NCBI RefSeq assembly: GCF_001194135.2
Contig: NC_068985.1
Coordinates: forward strand, 56,604,840-56,660,174
Reading direction: 5' to 3'
DNA: 55,335 nucleotides
DNA from: Octopus bimaculoides
Lineage: Eukaryota
Positions 12,531 to 25,873 of this stretch are shown here, one piece after another. The notes beneath the pieces were generated by a model that made no database searches, was not told the origin of the DNA, and was given only the letters and a program-made list of their open reading frames with translations. Within the stretch, counting starts at the first letter, position 1; each line of letters starts with the position of its first letter. A program made the translations under genes and the position numbers.

Positions 12531-13677
12531 AAATGAAGGCCCCGGGACGAGATGGAGTTCAAGGCTACTGGATCAAAAGATTTACTGAATGTCATGCACG
12601 AATAGCTTGTTAAATGCCGACCAAGTAACACCAGAGTGGTTGACATTGGGTAGGACAGTGCTGTGCCTGAAAAACATCGAAAAAGTAATAAGGTAGACAA
12701 TTACAGGCCGATATCCTGTTTGCCACTTATGTGAATGTTATTGACTTGAATACTCGCAGAGTCAATGTACTAACATCTAGAATAAATGGAGTCCTGCCAT
12801 GAGCAGAAGGGTTGCAAGCGTAAGTGCAGAGGTACCAAGGATCAACTCCTGATAAACAAAACTGTACTTAGAGACTGCAAGTAGAGGAAAAGAAACTTAG
12901 CCATGTCATGGATCAACTATCGTTAGGCGTACGATATGATCCCACATTCTTGGATTATGGAGTGTATGAACCTATTTGGTATTGCATCGAATGTTGAGCG
13001 ATTTCTTGGAAAAAGTATGGCGAATTGGAGGACGGACCTGACAGCGTACGGAAGAAGTTTAGGGACAGTAGAAATTAGGAGGGGCATCTTCCAAGGGGAC
13101 TTCCTGTCCCCACTGATCTTTGTACTGTGCTTGATACCACTAACATTGATTCAGAGGAAAGCAAAAGCTGGGTATGTATGTAAAAGCCGCCAACAAAAAG
13201 TCAACCATTTGTTATTCATGGATGGCCTCAAATATTATGGTAAAGATGAAGCTCAAGTTAGTTCTCTCGGGTATACCTTCAGTGCTGATATCAGAATGGA
13301 GTTCGGACTGAGTAAGTGTGGTGTGTTAGTCTTGAAGGGAGGCAAAATCAAATGTATGGACCGGCTAACGATAATGTCGAGGGAAGTTATGAAGCAGATA
13401 GAAGAGACGAGCTATACGTACTTGGGGATTTTGGAAATGGATAAATTGGTGGAGCAAGGAATGACAAAAAAATTTAAGGTGGAGTACTTGCGCAGACTGA
13501 GACTGATCCTTAAGTCGAAATTAAACGGACGGAATAAGATCGAAGCTATCAACACCTGGACGGTATCACTCCTTACATATGGAGCATGGGTAATCGCATG
13601 GACAGTAGACGAACTAAACAGCTTAGACAGAACGACAAGGAAGTTACTAACTAGATATGGGTCATTCCACTCAAAAA
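12531..13677 (+). mobile_element. R4/Dong-type RT fragment (subfamily 2), truncated at both ends
   Basis: KAPGRDGVQGYWIK; NYRPISCLPL; [10 protein letters not shown]; ORF 12936-13769 has RRGIFQGDFLSPLIF and HLLFMDGLK (second catalytic Asp lost); ends at FHSKS, running into (TG)n. Confidence 0.92.
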
Positions 13678-13696
13678 GTGTGTGTGTGTGTGTGTG

Positions 13697-13768
<72 letters not shown>
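13678..13768. repeat. (TG)n microsatellite
   Basis: Direct sequence. Confidence 0.95.
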
Positions 13769-13770
<2 letters not shown>

Positions 13771-14342
13771 GCATTTTGAACCACAGATGAAGGGAACCAC
13801 AACTGAAAGCGGATGCGTTTCAAGTTATATAGATAATACTGTTAGAAATTATATTTTATTGACGTTTTACTAAAACAATGTTAGTGTGTCACATCTTTAT
13901 ACTAATCTATTGATGTATCTATTTATATTTTAATGTATATATCTAAAATGTATATTGTAAGGCCTCATTAAGAGTTAAATAAAATTTTTAACATATTTTT
14001 CAGATTGTATTGATATGCAGAGGAAAGGAAGGAGTCTACTGCCGATCAATCCTAAGAGAAGATATGCTCGTGTTCCATCCCCTATGAACATCATAGAATT
14101 TCTAGCAGCAATATAAAGGCAGTATTAAATTCGGCTAACAACATGTTAAGTTGTCTAAATTGCATATTTGTGATTTTGACGTGTCCTTATTAGTTACATA
14201 ATATCTACTAACACTCAATGCAGCGAATATAAGGAGTAACTTTGAATATTATAATGCGTTACTGTGAGTTTAATAAGAAGGTAAACGCAGTTTCTCTATA
14301 CAAATGACGGGCGGCGATAAAGAAAAACGTGACTGGATCAAA

Positions 14343-14490
14343 AAGCGGCGAATTGACCGAATTATTAGAGCATCTGATAGAGTGATTGCAGTATTTCTTC
14401 TGGTTGTCTGATTTCTAACCTGGGTTAAGTCAACTTTGCTTTTTATCTTTTCTGGATCTATAGTTGAAATAGTTGTTAAGTACTGAAGTC
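14343..14490 (+). mobile_element. SINE-A, highly degenerate
   Basis: gcggcgaattgaccgaattattag...aagtcaactttgctttttatc. Confidence 0.5.
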
Positions 14491-14918
14491 TCTCCTTTCT
14501 TCTCTGTCAATCGGAATTAGCTATTGCCAGTAATATTAATCTTGGTATTTTCTTTTGTTTTAAATAATCAACCTTCGAGAGAAAGCAACGAAAGCAACAA
14601 GAATCCACCTTCGTATTCTTCCAGATAAATTCCAATCACGCTTAAACCGGCGCAACACAGGAATACCTGAATTCGTAATCTAGAAGTAACAAAAATATAT
14701 AAAGCTACATATAATCATTGTCTCTTATAGGTACAATGCTTGAAATTTTGGTAGTGACAGCTAATCAATTCTGAACTGGTAGTGATTTTAATGACATTTG
14801 TATCCAGAACGTAAAGCCGGAGAAAATGCTGCTGAGCATTTTATCCGGCGCGGTAAAGATTCTGCTAGTGCAACTATTTAAACACATGTATAATAATAGC
14901 GTCAAGACCAGCAATGTA

Positions 14919-15088
14919 TGGGAAGGGATAAGTCGATTACATCGATCCCAATGTTCAACCGCTACTTTATTTTATCGACTCTGAAAGGATGCAAGGCAAA
15001 GTCGATCTCGGCAAAGTCGAACTCAGAAAAAAATGCCGCTAAGTATTTTGCCCAGCATGCTAACGATTCTACCAGCACACAGCCTTAA
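14919..15088 (-). mobile_element. SINE-A
   Basis: aagtcgattacatcgatccc...gcaaagtcgatctcggc...atgctaacgattctaccagc; a partial second copy lies at ~14795-14880. Confidence 0.8.
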
Positions 15089-15124
15089 CCAAATGTATAA
15101 CAATTAAATATGAAAATAAGACGA

Positions 15125-15281
15125 TGAGTTGGTAGAGTTGTAAACACGGCAGACAAAATTCTTTGAAGTATTTCAACCGGCTTATTTACTTTCTGAGATC
15201 AAATCTTGCCGAGGTGAATTTTGGCTTTCATTCCATCGCAGTCAATAAAATAAAGCACCATTCAAATACTGGGGTCAATTC
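15125..15281 (+). mobile_element. SINE-A
   Basis: gagttggtagagttg...tctgagatcaaatcttgccgaggtg...tactggggtcaat. Confidence 0.7.
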
Positions 15282-16037
15282 CAGCTATGAACGGATGGAC
15301 GGCTGATCAACCCTGCTAGGTGAGAAATGTTGCGATCTCGGTCATGGTAACCAGCGTTACAAGTACTAGTACTACGAAAAGAAAAAAAAAAAGAAAAACG
15401 AAAAAAAAAAAAAACCGAAAATATCACCTCTCTCAAAAATGCCCTAATAAACGTGTCAATTTAAAATACCTCTCCTTATGCATATCTCTTTACTAGGAGA
15501 TATATCGATGAGCAAACTAGTTAATAAATGTATGAATCTTATTGCCATGGGGTGTCTGCAAAGGTGATAGGCACGGTCGTTGTATTCTGCCCAAATAATA
15601 AAAAAAGAAGAATCTTTAATTCTCTATTTTGCATTCAATGTTTACTATTCAGAATGAAGTTCTAAATGGTCTATTCTATTTATTTCGAAACTTCTACTCA
15701 ACATTAATTCAGTAGATGTACACATAAAAAAAATTCTATTAAAATTAGAGGTTGAACGAATTTTGAGAATGTATTTACGATGCGAAATGTTGGTATAGTT
15801 TGGTAAATTTAATTTTCTGACTTTGAATTACATTTTCCTTATTTCACACCCCAAAACCCGAATATGATTTTAATTAGATATTAGATTGGAACAAAAAATA
15901 TACAAATTGAGTTAAAATAAACTAAAAGCAAGACAAAAAAAAACCGATTTCAATTGGATAAATAGATATTAAGTTGAAGAGAAAAGTTAGAAATGGAGGA
16001 GGTGGTGGTGGAGAAAGAAGAGGAAGGGGAGGAAGGG

Positions 16038-16092
16038 GAAGAAGAAGAAGAAGAAGAAGAAGAAGAAGAAGAAGAAGAAGAAGAAGAAGAAG

Positions 16093-16121
<29 letters not shown>
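16038..16121. repeat. (GAA)28 microsatellite
   Basis: Perfect triplet run of 84 nt. Confidence 0.95.
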
Positions 16122-16125
<4 letters not shown>

Positions 16126-16499
16126 TTATTACTTTCCTGAAATAATCTAATTGAGGAACTGAATGTTCATGTGTTAGTGTGTGTGTTTGTGTATGTAGTG
16201 TCTAGATGCATGCAGATACTAGTATGTATATACAGACATGTTTTATACGTTCATAATACATACATGCATACACACACACATATGTATGTATATATAAACT
16301 TAACCTATTGATATGTACCTTTATATAGATGTATACTCGTACACACACATATACGTACACACACATATACGTACACACACATATACGTACACACATACAC
16401 ACATATATGTATACATGCACACACACATATACATATAGGTGGACGTACGTCATGAAATTCTCAATAGCGATAACTGTCACACACAACTACACACACACA

Positions 16500-16635
<136 letters not shown>

Positions 16636-17146
16636 TTGGCATAAATGTACGCGCACATACAAATTTATACTTCGAGAGTAAGAAAACACGCAAGCTTGTA
16701 AAATCTCTTTATACTTTTGGTAGTTCGTATGATTATTTGTGTACATCCTTCGATAAATCATTAACTACCTTCATCAAGGAAATATTTTATAGAGTTATGC
16801 TGTTTCTTATATTGCCCTTAATTTGGTTTTCCTTTTTAGCATCACAATATTCTATATAAAAAGGCTCAGTGGAACATATTGATTTACGATCCTTTCTGTT
16901 GATATCATTCGATGGGATCAGCTCAATCTTCATCGCCTCCAACATCATAAATGCACAACCAGTAAGCAGATCAAGAAACAAAATTGTATATAAAATAAAA
17001 TGTTTATAACACACTACTAGAGCCCTCAAAACTCCTACAAATTCTTCACCCACACTCAAGTTTCACCGAACATCTATCCCGCCAAACATATATCTTCCAA
17101 TATAAAAAACACCGAAGGCAATATAAGAAACACTGAAGGCTCGCCG

Positions 17147-17320
17147 CATTTCGTCCGTCTTTATGTTCTGAGTTCAAATTCCGCCGAGGTCGACTTTACC
17201 TTTCATCATTGCGAGCTCGATAAAATAAATACCGGTGAAACATTGGGTTCTATGTAATCGACTTACCCCTGTCCCCAAAAATTACTTGCCTTGTGCCAAA
17301 ATTTGAAATCAATATATTAA
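17147..17320 (+). mobile_element. SINE-A, 5'-truncated
   Basis: B-box gttcaaattcc at 17172, then gccgaggtcgactttacctttcatc...tttgaaatcaatat. Confidence 0.85.
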
Positions 17321-17388
17321 AAAGTGAATCACAAAAACAAATTTCCCACTTCAGCGCAAAAAAGAAAAAAAAACAACAAAAATATTCA

Positions 17389-17765
17389 GCAGGTATAGGC
17401 ATGTTTGTGTGGAAAGAAATTTGATTCACATGGTTCCGGGTTTAGTCCCACTGTATGGACCAAAGTCTTGTGAGTGGATTTTACAGATGGAAACTGAAAG
17501 AATCCTATTGATATTTAGGTATTTATGTGTACATATCTACGTATAGGTGTATGTATTTAAGTTGTACTCCCACGACCGGTTGACTACCGATATTGGTTTG
17601 CTTGTGTCTCTGTAACTTCGCAATTCGGTAAAAAGAGATGATAGAATAAATACGTGGCTTTAAAATCAAAGAAGAATACTGGGTTCGATTTGATCGACTA
17701 AACCCACCAAGACGTTTCCTCAGCATGACTGCTATCTGAAACAGGTAAAGGATAGAAGATAAAGA
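17389..17765 (+). mobile_element. SINE-B, near full length
   Basis: B-box-like ggtttagtccc; gtgagtggatttt...ggaaactgaaagaa; internal microsatellite; 3' half ending in an aaagat tail. Confidence 0.75.
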
Positions 17766-18206
17766 TACCAACAACTATTAGCCCCCGATAAATCTTAAGT
17801 GAGAACTACAATGGATTATTGCCACCACATCTGAGACACTGCTGTTGTTACACTTGTAGATATCCCAGATGGAACCGAATGAAAGGGTACTCCTGAAGTG
17901 ATTCACTAAAAAATCTTCAACCTCCGGCTTACAGACGTTCTACCATATCACTGCTATTGTACAACATCACCTCTCTCTCTTTCAGATTCGATTGTTCCCG
18001 TGTTACATCCACTGAGATCTTTTTCAGCACATCCGTCTCTTCTCTCCACAGTTCTGTCTTTTACCCATAAAAGTTAAGGCGCATTCTACTGAAAGATGGA
18101 GTTTATTGAATTAACGAAAGCGAAGTTTAAATCTTAAATCTGTAAAATATAACAATTTTTCTCCTCTTACGATATCTAGTCTCCTTGATCGTCGAATAAA
18201 AAATCC

Positions 18207-18358
<152 letters not shown>

Positions 18359-19775
18359 GATAGATACTCATGCATATATGTGTGTAACACATAGATAAAT
18401 ACACATGCACATATGTGTGTGTTGTATGTTTTTTTTCCACCTGTTCACTGACCTGCATCCCAATGCCTCCATAATAACACCTTAGTCAGCAGCCGTAAAG
18501 GACAAACGAATACTAGTGAAAATTTGCAATTTACAATATGACATTTAGAGACATGTACAAGTCCTGTTTTTTGCAATAACCGGAAGTGGATCAGGGGAAA
18601 TCTTTAATGAACATCCCTCGTAGTATAACACTCGATAGTATAATCATTCGATACTATAAACACACATACATACACATACATGTATGTATGTATGTACATA
18701 CATACGTACGTATATACATATATACACACATACATGTATGTACACACATGTATGTAAGTACACACATGAATGAATATACACACACGCACATAGATGCACA
18801 GATATCACATATTCGGTTTATTATCAAAATCCTCAGTACCATACAAGCTGATGTGTAACAGAAAACATGCTAGCCCAATTCCCTAAAGCCTATCGCTATT
18901 GATTATGACATAGAAGTATATTTCACTACAATTAACGTGAAAATAACGTGTGGATGGTTAACGTTGTATTAGCTTTCCGTGCCGGGTTCACACTCGTCCA
19001 GTCACCTTGAATAACTAGGTGAGCCACAAAACAACATGATAACTTCAGTTATTGCCAGTGGAGACAAAGGAATCATAAAGACCAAATCCAAAATATAATA
19101 GAAAGCTGCTGTCGCAATACCAAAATGTCTTATATCTTTTATGTGTTTTTAACTTTCGTCTCTCGCCTAATCTTCCAAACACTGAAACACAAAGACACCG
19201 AGCCGCAACCACACATACGATGCTATAAGAGATATACAGGAAATAATCCGTATTTCTAAAATAAAGAAATGCTTCTAAGAGAAAACTAGCAATAATCTGT
19301 TCCCATCCTCTTTTTCAAATCTAAATCCGATATGTCAGGAGTTATTACTGTCACGTGGAAGATAGGCCTCTTTTCTTCCTTAATGGCTATTCTTCCGTCT
19401 TATCTGATGTCATAAAGTACTCAGAACAGACAGAAAAGAGTTTAAGGTGTAGACTAATAGAGATGGAACATAACTTCGTTCAGATTGTATTGTAACGGTT
19501 GTAAGACATTCAGAGACTGCTTATACCCAACCAGCTATTTGCTTTGACATTTTCTGATGCGTTTCAAACCATTGGATATGATGGGAAAGCATTTATCTTT
19601 TATCTAATCTTACAGTGCTCACTCTATCGTGAATGTTTTTTTTTATCGATTCAGTTAAAAAAAAAAGGAAAAAATAAACCTTTCCAATCTCCATGTCAAT
19701 ATTATATAAGAGATCTAAGATAACATAATTCCATTCCTCTATCCCTACCCCATAACTCTTCCTCCTCTCACTCTC

Positions 19776-19885
<110 letters not shown>

Positions 19886-20299
19886 TAAATATGTTTCTTA
19901 TATGGTAAGCCATGAGAAATGACAAAGAGTCTATCGTAAAAATTACACAATACTTAATACGTGAACGCTATTGAAAGGCATTTATTTCTACTGACTACTT
20001 TGAAGAACCAGAAAAAGACACTTGAGAAGCTGTGGCCTTTATGGTCTTTCAGTGAGAAACTAAACTGTCTTCAAGATACAACTCTCGTTAGATGAACGAC
20101 GACATTAATTACACGTTATGTTTCTTTCCTGTAGGTATAGAATATTTGTATATTCGGGTCAGCACTTATACTTTGGTTGATAGCGAGCTAAAATATCTTA
20201 GGGCAGTAGCATATTATGACAAAGAAAATTAATTTTAGCTATTTAGCTAGATATAATTGTTTCAAACGAATGATACAAAAAAAAAAAGCTGGGGTTCAG

Positions 20300-20430
20300 G
20301 AATAAGTGGTTATTAAATCGACCCCAGTTCTTCACTTCACTCCAGATGGAGGAAAAGAAAAGTTGACATCGACGGAATTTGAACTGAAAACGTAAAGAGC
20401 AGTCAAAAATAATGCGTCCAACATTCTAAA
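20300..20430 (-). mobile_element. SINE-A fragment
   Basis: aaatcgaccccagt...aaagttgacatcgacggaatttgaactgaaaacgtaaag. Confidence 0.65.
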
Positions 20431-21494
20431 AATATGCCAATCAATCAATCAACCAATTTAACTAGATATAACGTGAGAAATTTAGATGACTGTCTTGTCC
20501 AAAAAAGACGTATAGATGATTATGTAAGTAGAGAACCAGCCAACGAGAATTTGCATATATTTACCACTTTTGCAACGTTTCCACCGCCTCAAATTTAGTT
20601 CTGTATACTAGATAGCATAACACCTCTTCCTGAAAAACTGAGGAAGAACTGTAAAATTGACAAGTGTTTTATTCATTTATAGAATTTGTATTCGCTCAAT
20701 GGTCTCGTGAATATAAACTTAGAAAAGTATGTATGACCATCCTAAACTTTACCTTGTTACACTACATGATTTCAAAACTTCAATAAAATCCGTAGGGTAC
20801 AATGTATTAAAATAATGTTCATGTGCATCACATGCAAATTCTTTAACTGACCAACCAACAAACTCAGTATACCCTTGGAAAGTGCAAAAGATAGCGGCCA
20901 CACGATGTTGTGTTTACAGCTGTAATCACACAATCATGTGGCCGTCTGCGTGTTTGCCTCTTTCGAGGTATAGCGAAACAAAATCGAGTCCACCAAGGCG
21001 TACTCCTATGTTTGAAGGGTCAAATAAGTGCATAATCAACAGACTAATACACAACATTGCTCGTCTCTATATAATAATAATAGCTGATATACATGTTGGT
21101 TGGCTGATTGATTTCTCGAGTCACCTATTACATCCTATAGAGAGTAGAGGAGAGAAATGAAAAAAAAAATACAGGGAGAGTTAACATAAGAAAACAAAGT
21201 CAAAAGAAGAGCATTAAAATTGACAAGCAGTGATAGAGAGGTTGTAAACATGGTAAAAAGTATGCCGTCGATGAACGCCAAATACATGGTATGCGCTCAC
21301 GCACAAACTCATACAATCTTCTGTTCATGAAGCATATTTACGTATGCACACAAATAGAGACATAACTACAGTCTAAGTCTAAGGATAAGTTTGACCAGTA
21401 GCCATAGAGATGTAAATAAACAGTAGCTTTACATAGCCATATGTAGTTGAGTGTAAGTGAAAAAGTCTCTGCGATAGTTAATATTTATGGTAAT

Positions 21495-22190
21495 CAATAT
21501 TATGCTCACATAGCACGGTGAGCTGGCAGAATCGTTTGCTCGCCGAGCAAGAAGCTTAGGGTTACTTCGTCTGCTTTTACGTTCTGATCTCAAATTCTGC
21601 CGAGGTCAATTTTGTTTTTCATCCTTTCGGGGTCGATAAAATAAGTACCAGTTGAGTACTGGGATCAATGCATTCGACTTATCCCCTATCCTGCACTTGC
21701 TGTCTTTCTGTTAAAATTTAAAATCAATATTTTACTCACATATGGCGATGAACTGGCAGAATTGTTAGCGTACTGGGCAAAGGCTTAGCGGCATTTCGTC
21801 TGTCTTTATGTTCTAAGTTCAAATTCCGTCCAGCTAGTTTCATCCTTTCAAGGTCGATATAAAAAATGCCAGTTGAGCACTGGGGTCGATGTAATCAACT
21901 TATACCTTCCCTGGAAATTGCTGGTCTTGTACCAAAATTTGGAACCATTATTTTGCTCACATAAGGCGGCGAGCTGACAGAATGTTTAGAACACCTGGCA
22001 GAAGGATTAGCAGTATTTCGTCTGTTCTTACGTTCTGAGTTCAAATTCCGCTGAGGTTAACTTTACCTTTCATCCCTCCGGGGTATATAAAATAGATAAC
22101 AGCTTGGCAGTGGGATCAGCGTAATCGACTTACCCTCCCCTGTAATTGCTGGCCTGTATCAAAATATGAAAAGCAATATTTTCCTCATCC
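21495..22190 (+). mobile_element. Head-to-tail trimer of SINE-A
   Basis: Three ~220-230 bp units starting at 21495, 21725 and 21946, each with A-box, B-box and body. Confidence 0.9.
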
Positions 22191-23129
22191 TTTTCGCGTA
22201 GGCTGTTCGTTAGTAGGGTGATTTTTTTTGCATTAATCAAGAGGGTATTCTCTAACTTAAGGATTTATAGTAAACTATTCCAATGGAATATATCACTACG
22301 ACTGCTACCAACAACTATTAGCCCCCGATGTGTACAGTCAGAGGTGAGAAGCCATTTCGCTACGGAAAGAATCTCCGTAGAAAATTCTCTAAAGAGAACA
22401 CGTTACGATTGATGTTATCGGATCTTAAGACGCATGGGTTTCTGCGTCGTTACACTTTACTCGCCACAGGTAGTACATTTATTGATGTGCACAGAGCTTA
22501 ATCATGCTGGAATTAATCAACAAGAGGTGCACTTGGCAACTTTGATCGAAATATATGTAAGCACTGTCATATTGAATACATTCACGTACACACGGATGTA
22601 GAAAACCTTTCGTTGAAGAAATGATCTCGCGAGAAAATTCTCATTATAGAAAATATATGCGAAAATACATACATATTTCCACATCAGTGAATTTTTCGAA
22701 CGTGTTAAATATGGTTGTACCGAAACACATTTCAGTATATGCATATATACAGACATACGTACATACATAAGTAATATGGTGGATTTCATTTGGGCATATA
22801 GATTCGAACCTGAATCTATAGAATTCCCCATAACATTACAACAGCATTTAAAAAAAAAAAATCGTAGTTGACAGCAGTGACACTCAACACATGGCTTATG
22901 TCAAGTTGATTTATGTTTTCCCTTTTGACCCCTAACCTTCTTTATCACCAAAAGTCGAAATGAGATAAAGAGCTACCTACATCAGTTTTCCCATTGTGCT
23001 CGGCGATATGCCTCTCTTTCTCGCTATGTTACACTTATTATAAATACTAAAATTTGGTAAAGCAAAAACCCGTGGGTGAAATGAGACGACCACGAGCAGT
23101 CTGCCATGATGCATAAAACTTTCACTACC

Positions 23130-23345
23130 CTTTACTCTCTTTTACTTCTTTCAGTCATTTGACTGTGGCAATGCTGGAGCACCGCCTTTAGTCGAGAAAA
23201 TCGACCCCAGGCCTCATTCTTTGTAAGCCTAGTACTTATTCTATCGGTCACTTTTGCTGAACCGCTAGGTTACGGGGACGTAAACACACCACCGTCGGTT
23301 GTCAAGCGATTTGGGGGGACAAACACAGACACACAAACATATACA
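23130..23345 (-). mobile_element. SINE-B 3' half
   Basis: ttcagtcatttgactgtggcaatgctggagcaccgcc...ggggggacaaacacagac. Confidence 0.9.
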
Positions 23346-23374
23346 CACATATCCATATGTATATATATATATAT

Positions 23375-23728
23375 GGGAGAATTTACGAAAAAAAAAACAA
23401 CAGACGAAGACAGGTGGTGTAAACAACAAATGGATGCATTAGTTTAACGCTCGGGAATAGAGAAAGTCTTTGACGTTTCGAGCTACGCTCTTCAACTGAA
23501 AGGAACACAGAAAGAAATTAGGAGAGAAACAAGGAGAAAAAAATATAAATATAGTGGCCAGCGATCTATCATGGCAAATGCCGGACAGAAGGTTCACACA
23601 GGAGAGCTAAAAAAAAGGGGGGAGTACAAACGGGAAAAGTGGTGAACCCAAGACGAGAAGCTGTGTGTGCGTGAGAGAATGCTGGTAATCTTAACGTATG
23701 TATGTGTGTATGTAGGTGTGAAATATAT
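23375..23728 (-). mobile_element. Penelope-like element terminal repeat region (may continue across the gap to ~24710)
   Basis: Minus-strand TTGAAGAgcgtagctcGAAACGTC (23472-23495) resembles the hammerhead-like motif of Penelope pseudo-LTRs; begins at a (TA)n run. Confidence 0.5.
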
Positions 23729-24746
23729 NNNNNNNNNNNNNNNNNNNNNNNNNNNNNNNNNNNNNNNNNNNNNNNNNNNNNNNNNNNNNNNNNNNNNNNN
23801 NNNNNNNNNNNNNNNNNNNNNNNNNNNNNNNNNNNNNNNNNNNNNNNNNNNNNNNNNNNNNNNNNNNNNNNNNNNNNNNNNNNNNNNNNNNNNNNNNNNN
23901 NNNNNNNNNNNNNNNNNNNNNNNNNNNNNNNNNNNNNNNNNNNNNNNNNNNNNNNNNNNNNNNNNNNNNNNNNNNNNNNNNNNNNNNNNNNNNNNNNNNN
24001 NNNNNNNNNNNNNNNNNNNNNNNNNNNNNNNNNNNNNNNNNNNNNNNNNNNNNNNNNNNNNNNNNNNNNNNNNNNNNNNNNNNNNNNNNNNNNNNNNNNN
24101 NNNNNNNNNNNNNNNNNNNNNNNNNNNNNNNNNNNNNNNNNNNNNNNNNNNNNNNNNNNNNNNNNNNNNNNNNNNNNNNNNNNNNNNNNNNNNNNNNNNN
24201 NNNNNNNNNNNNNNNNNNNNNNNNNNNNNNNNNNNNNNNNNNNNNNNNNNNNNNNNNNNNNNNNNNNNNNNNNNNNNNNNNNNNNNNNNNNNNNNNNNNN
24301 NNNNNNNNNNNNNNNNNNNNNNNNNNNNNNNNNNNNNNNNNNNNNNNNNNNNNNNNNNNNNNNNNNNNNNNNNNNNNNNNNNNNNNNNNNNNNNNNNNNN
24401 NNNNNNNNNNNNNNNNNNNNNNNNNNNNNNNNNNNNNNNNNNNNNNNNNNNNNNNNNNNNNNNNNNNNNNNNNNNNNNNNNNNNNNNNNNNNNNNNNNAA
24501 TTTCCATTCACTTAACCATGAAACGATTCGTATCCAATTAACTAAAGGCTTGGCTTGTTTACGCTTTTCCCTCCGGTTTTTGTTCTGTGTGTGCCATAGA
24601 TATCGCCATCCACTTTAGAGAAAATTTGTAGTTTGGAATCAGTAGTTCTTTGACTGCTATTTCTAAATTTTCAGTATGTTGGAGAAGCAACTCAATTGCT
24701 AATCCCTGTATATTTATAATTATATATATATATATATATACATATC

Positions 24747-24911
24747 TACGACAGATTTCTTTCAGTTTCCGTCTACCAAATCCACTCATAAGGCTTTGGT
24801 CGGCCCGAGGCTATAGTAAAAGACACTTGCCTAAGGTGCCACTCAGTGAGATTGAACCCGGAATCATGTGGTTGGTAAGCAAGCTACTTACCATACAGCC
24901 ACTCCTGCGCC
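24747..24911 (-). mobile_element. SINE-B 5' half (tRNA-like head plus CORE-like segment)
   Basis: Minus strand aggcgcaggagtggctgtatggtaag...ccgggttcaatctc...gtggcaccttaggcaagtgtc...gacggaaactgaaagaa. Confidence 0.9.
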
Positions 24912-25363
24912 TCATCTTTCTCTAACAAACGTCATTCTCTCTCTTTCTCTGCCTCTGCTTAATTGACAGACAAAATGAAAGTATCATTCTGTCTTCCAAC
25001 TGAAGTCGCTGTCATTCGCCCTTCCTTCCTTCTGTGTATTCGGAGACCAACTTAAAAACAGTAATAACAAAGAAGTAGATAGAGTTACCCCCCTTTTCCT
25101 TTTATCGGCATGCTGAGAATTTGGAACATGCAAAGGAAATTTCGACCACATTCCCAGACATTGGACTTTCCACCATCAAGAACTGATATACTCAATCATT
25201 TTGTAACAGCTCTGTGCTTTGAACTCAAATATTTTGTAACAGCTATGTGCTATCACTGTTGTAATTTTTACCATCTTTCAATACATAACTGAATCGTACG
25301 GGTCTGTTTGTTCTATTTGTTGTTTCCTTTGTCTAAACGTAACAAAATATGCATATATGTATG

Positions 25364-25772
25364 AGGGAGGCTCTGTGGTAGGCAGTTTTCCTCATAATAA
25401 CATGGTTTCGAGTTCAGTCCCGCAATTAGGTAAGTGTCTTTTCGTATAGCATGGAGCCGACCAAAGTTTTGTGAGTGAATTTGGCAGACGCAAACTGAAA
25501 GAAGCCGGTCGTGTGTATATACACATGTGATGTGTATGTGTCTATTTTTATGCTTGTGTTTGCCTCCCCCCCCCCAGCGTTTAGCAACAGGTGTTACTGT
25601 ATTTACGACCCCTAACTTAGCTGTTCAGTAAAGTCCCCCAAAGGATAAGTACCAGGCTTAAAAATAAATAAGTACCGAGGTCGATTAGTTCGACTAAAAG
25701 TCTACTAGCTGGTGTGACCCATTCCGGCCGTAGTCCGACGACTGAAACAAGTTAAAGATAAAAGATAAAAAA
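25364..25772 (+). mobile_element. SINE-B, full length, diverged
   Basis: Head (gagttcagtccc), internal TG/TA tract, 3' half and aaagat tail. Confidence 0.8.
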
Positions 25773-25835
25773 ATGTATGTATACATATATTCTCAATCAA
25801 TATTTATGCGGAGTGCATGCTTGTATATGTACAAT

Positions 25836-25873
<38 letters not shown>

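Noticed and set aside
17790-18110. Possible ancient RTE-like coding remnant on the minus strand
   Set aside because: Similarity to YGSETW/LRW motifs is too weak to support by eye.
21495-22190. CRISPR-like repeat-spacer array
   Set aside because: The ~225-bp units are homologous along their whole length, there are no unique spacers or cas genes, and the context is eukaryotic.
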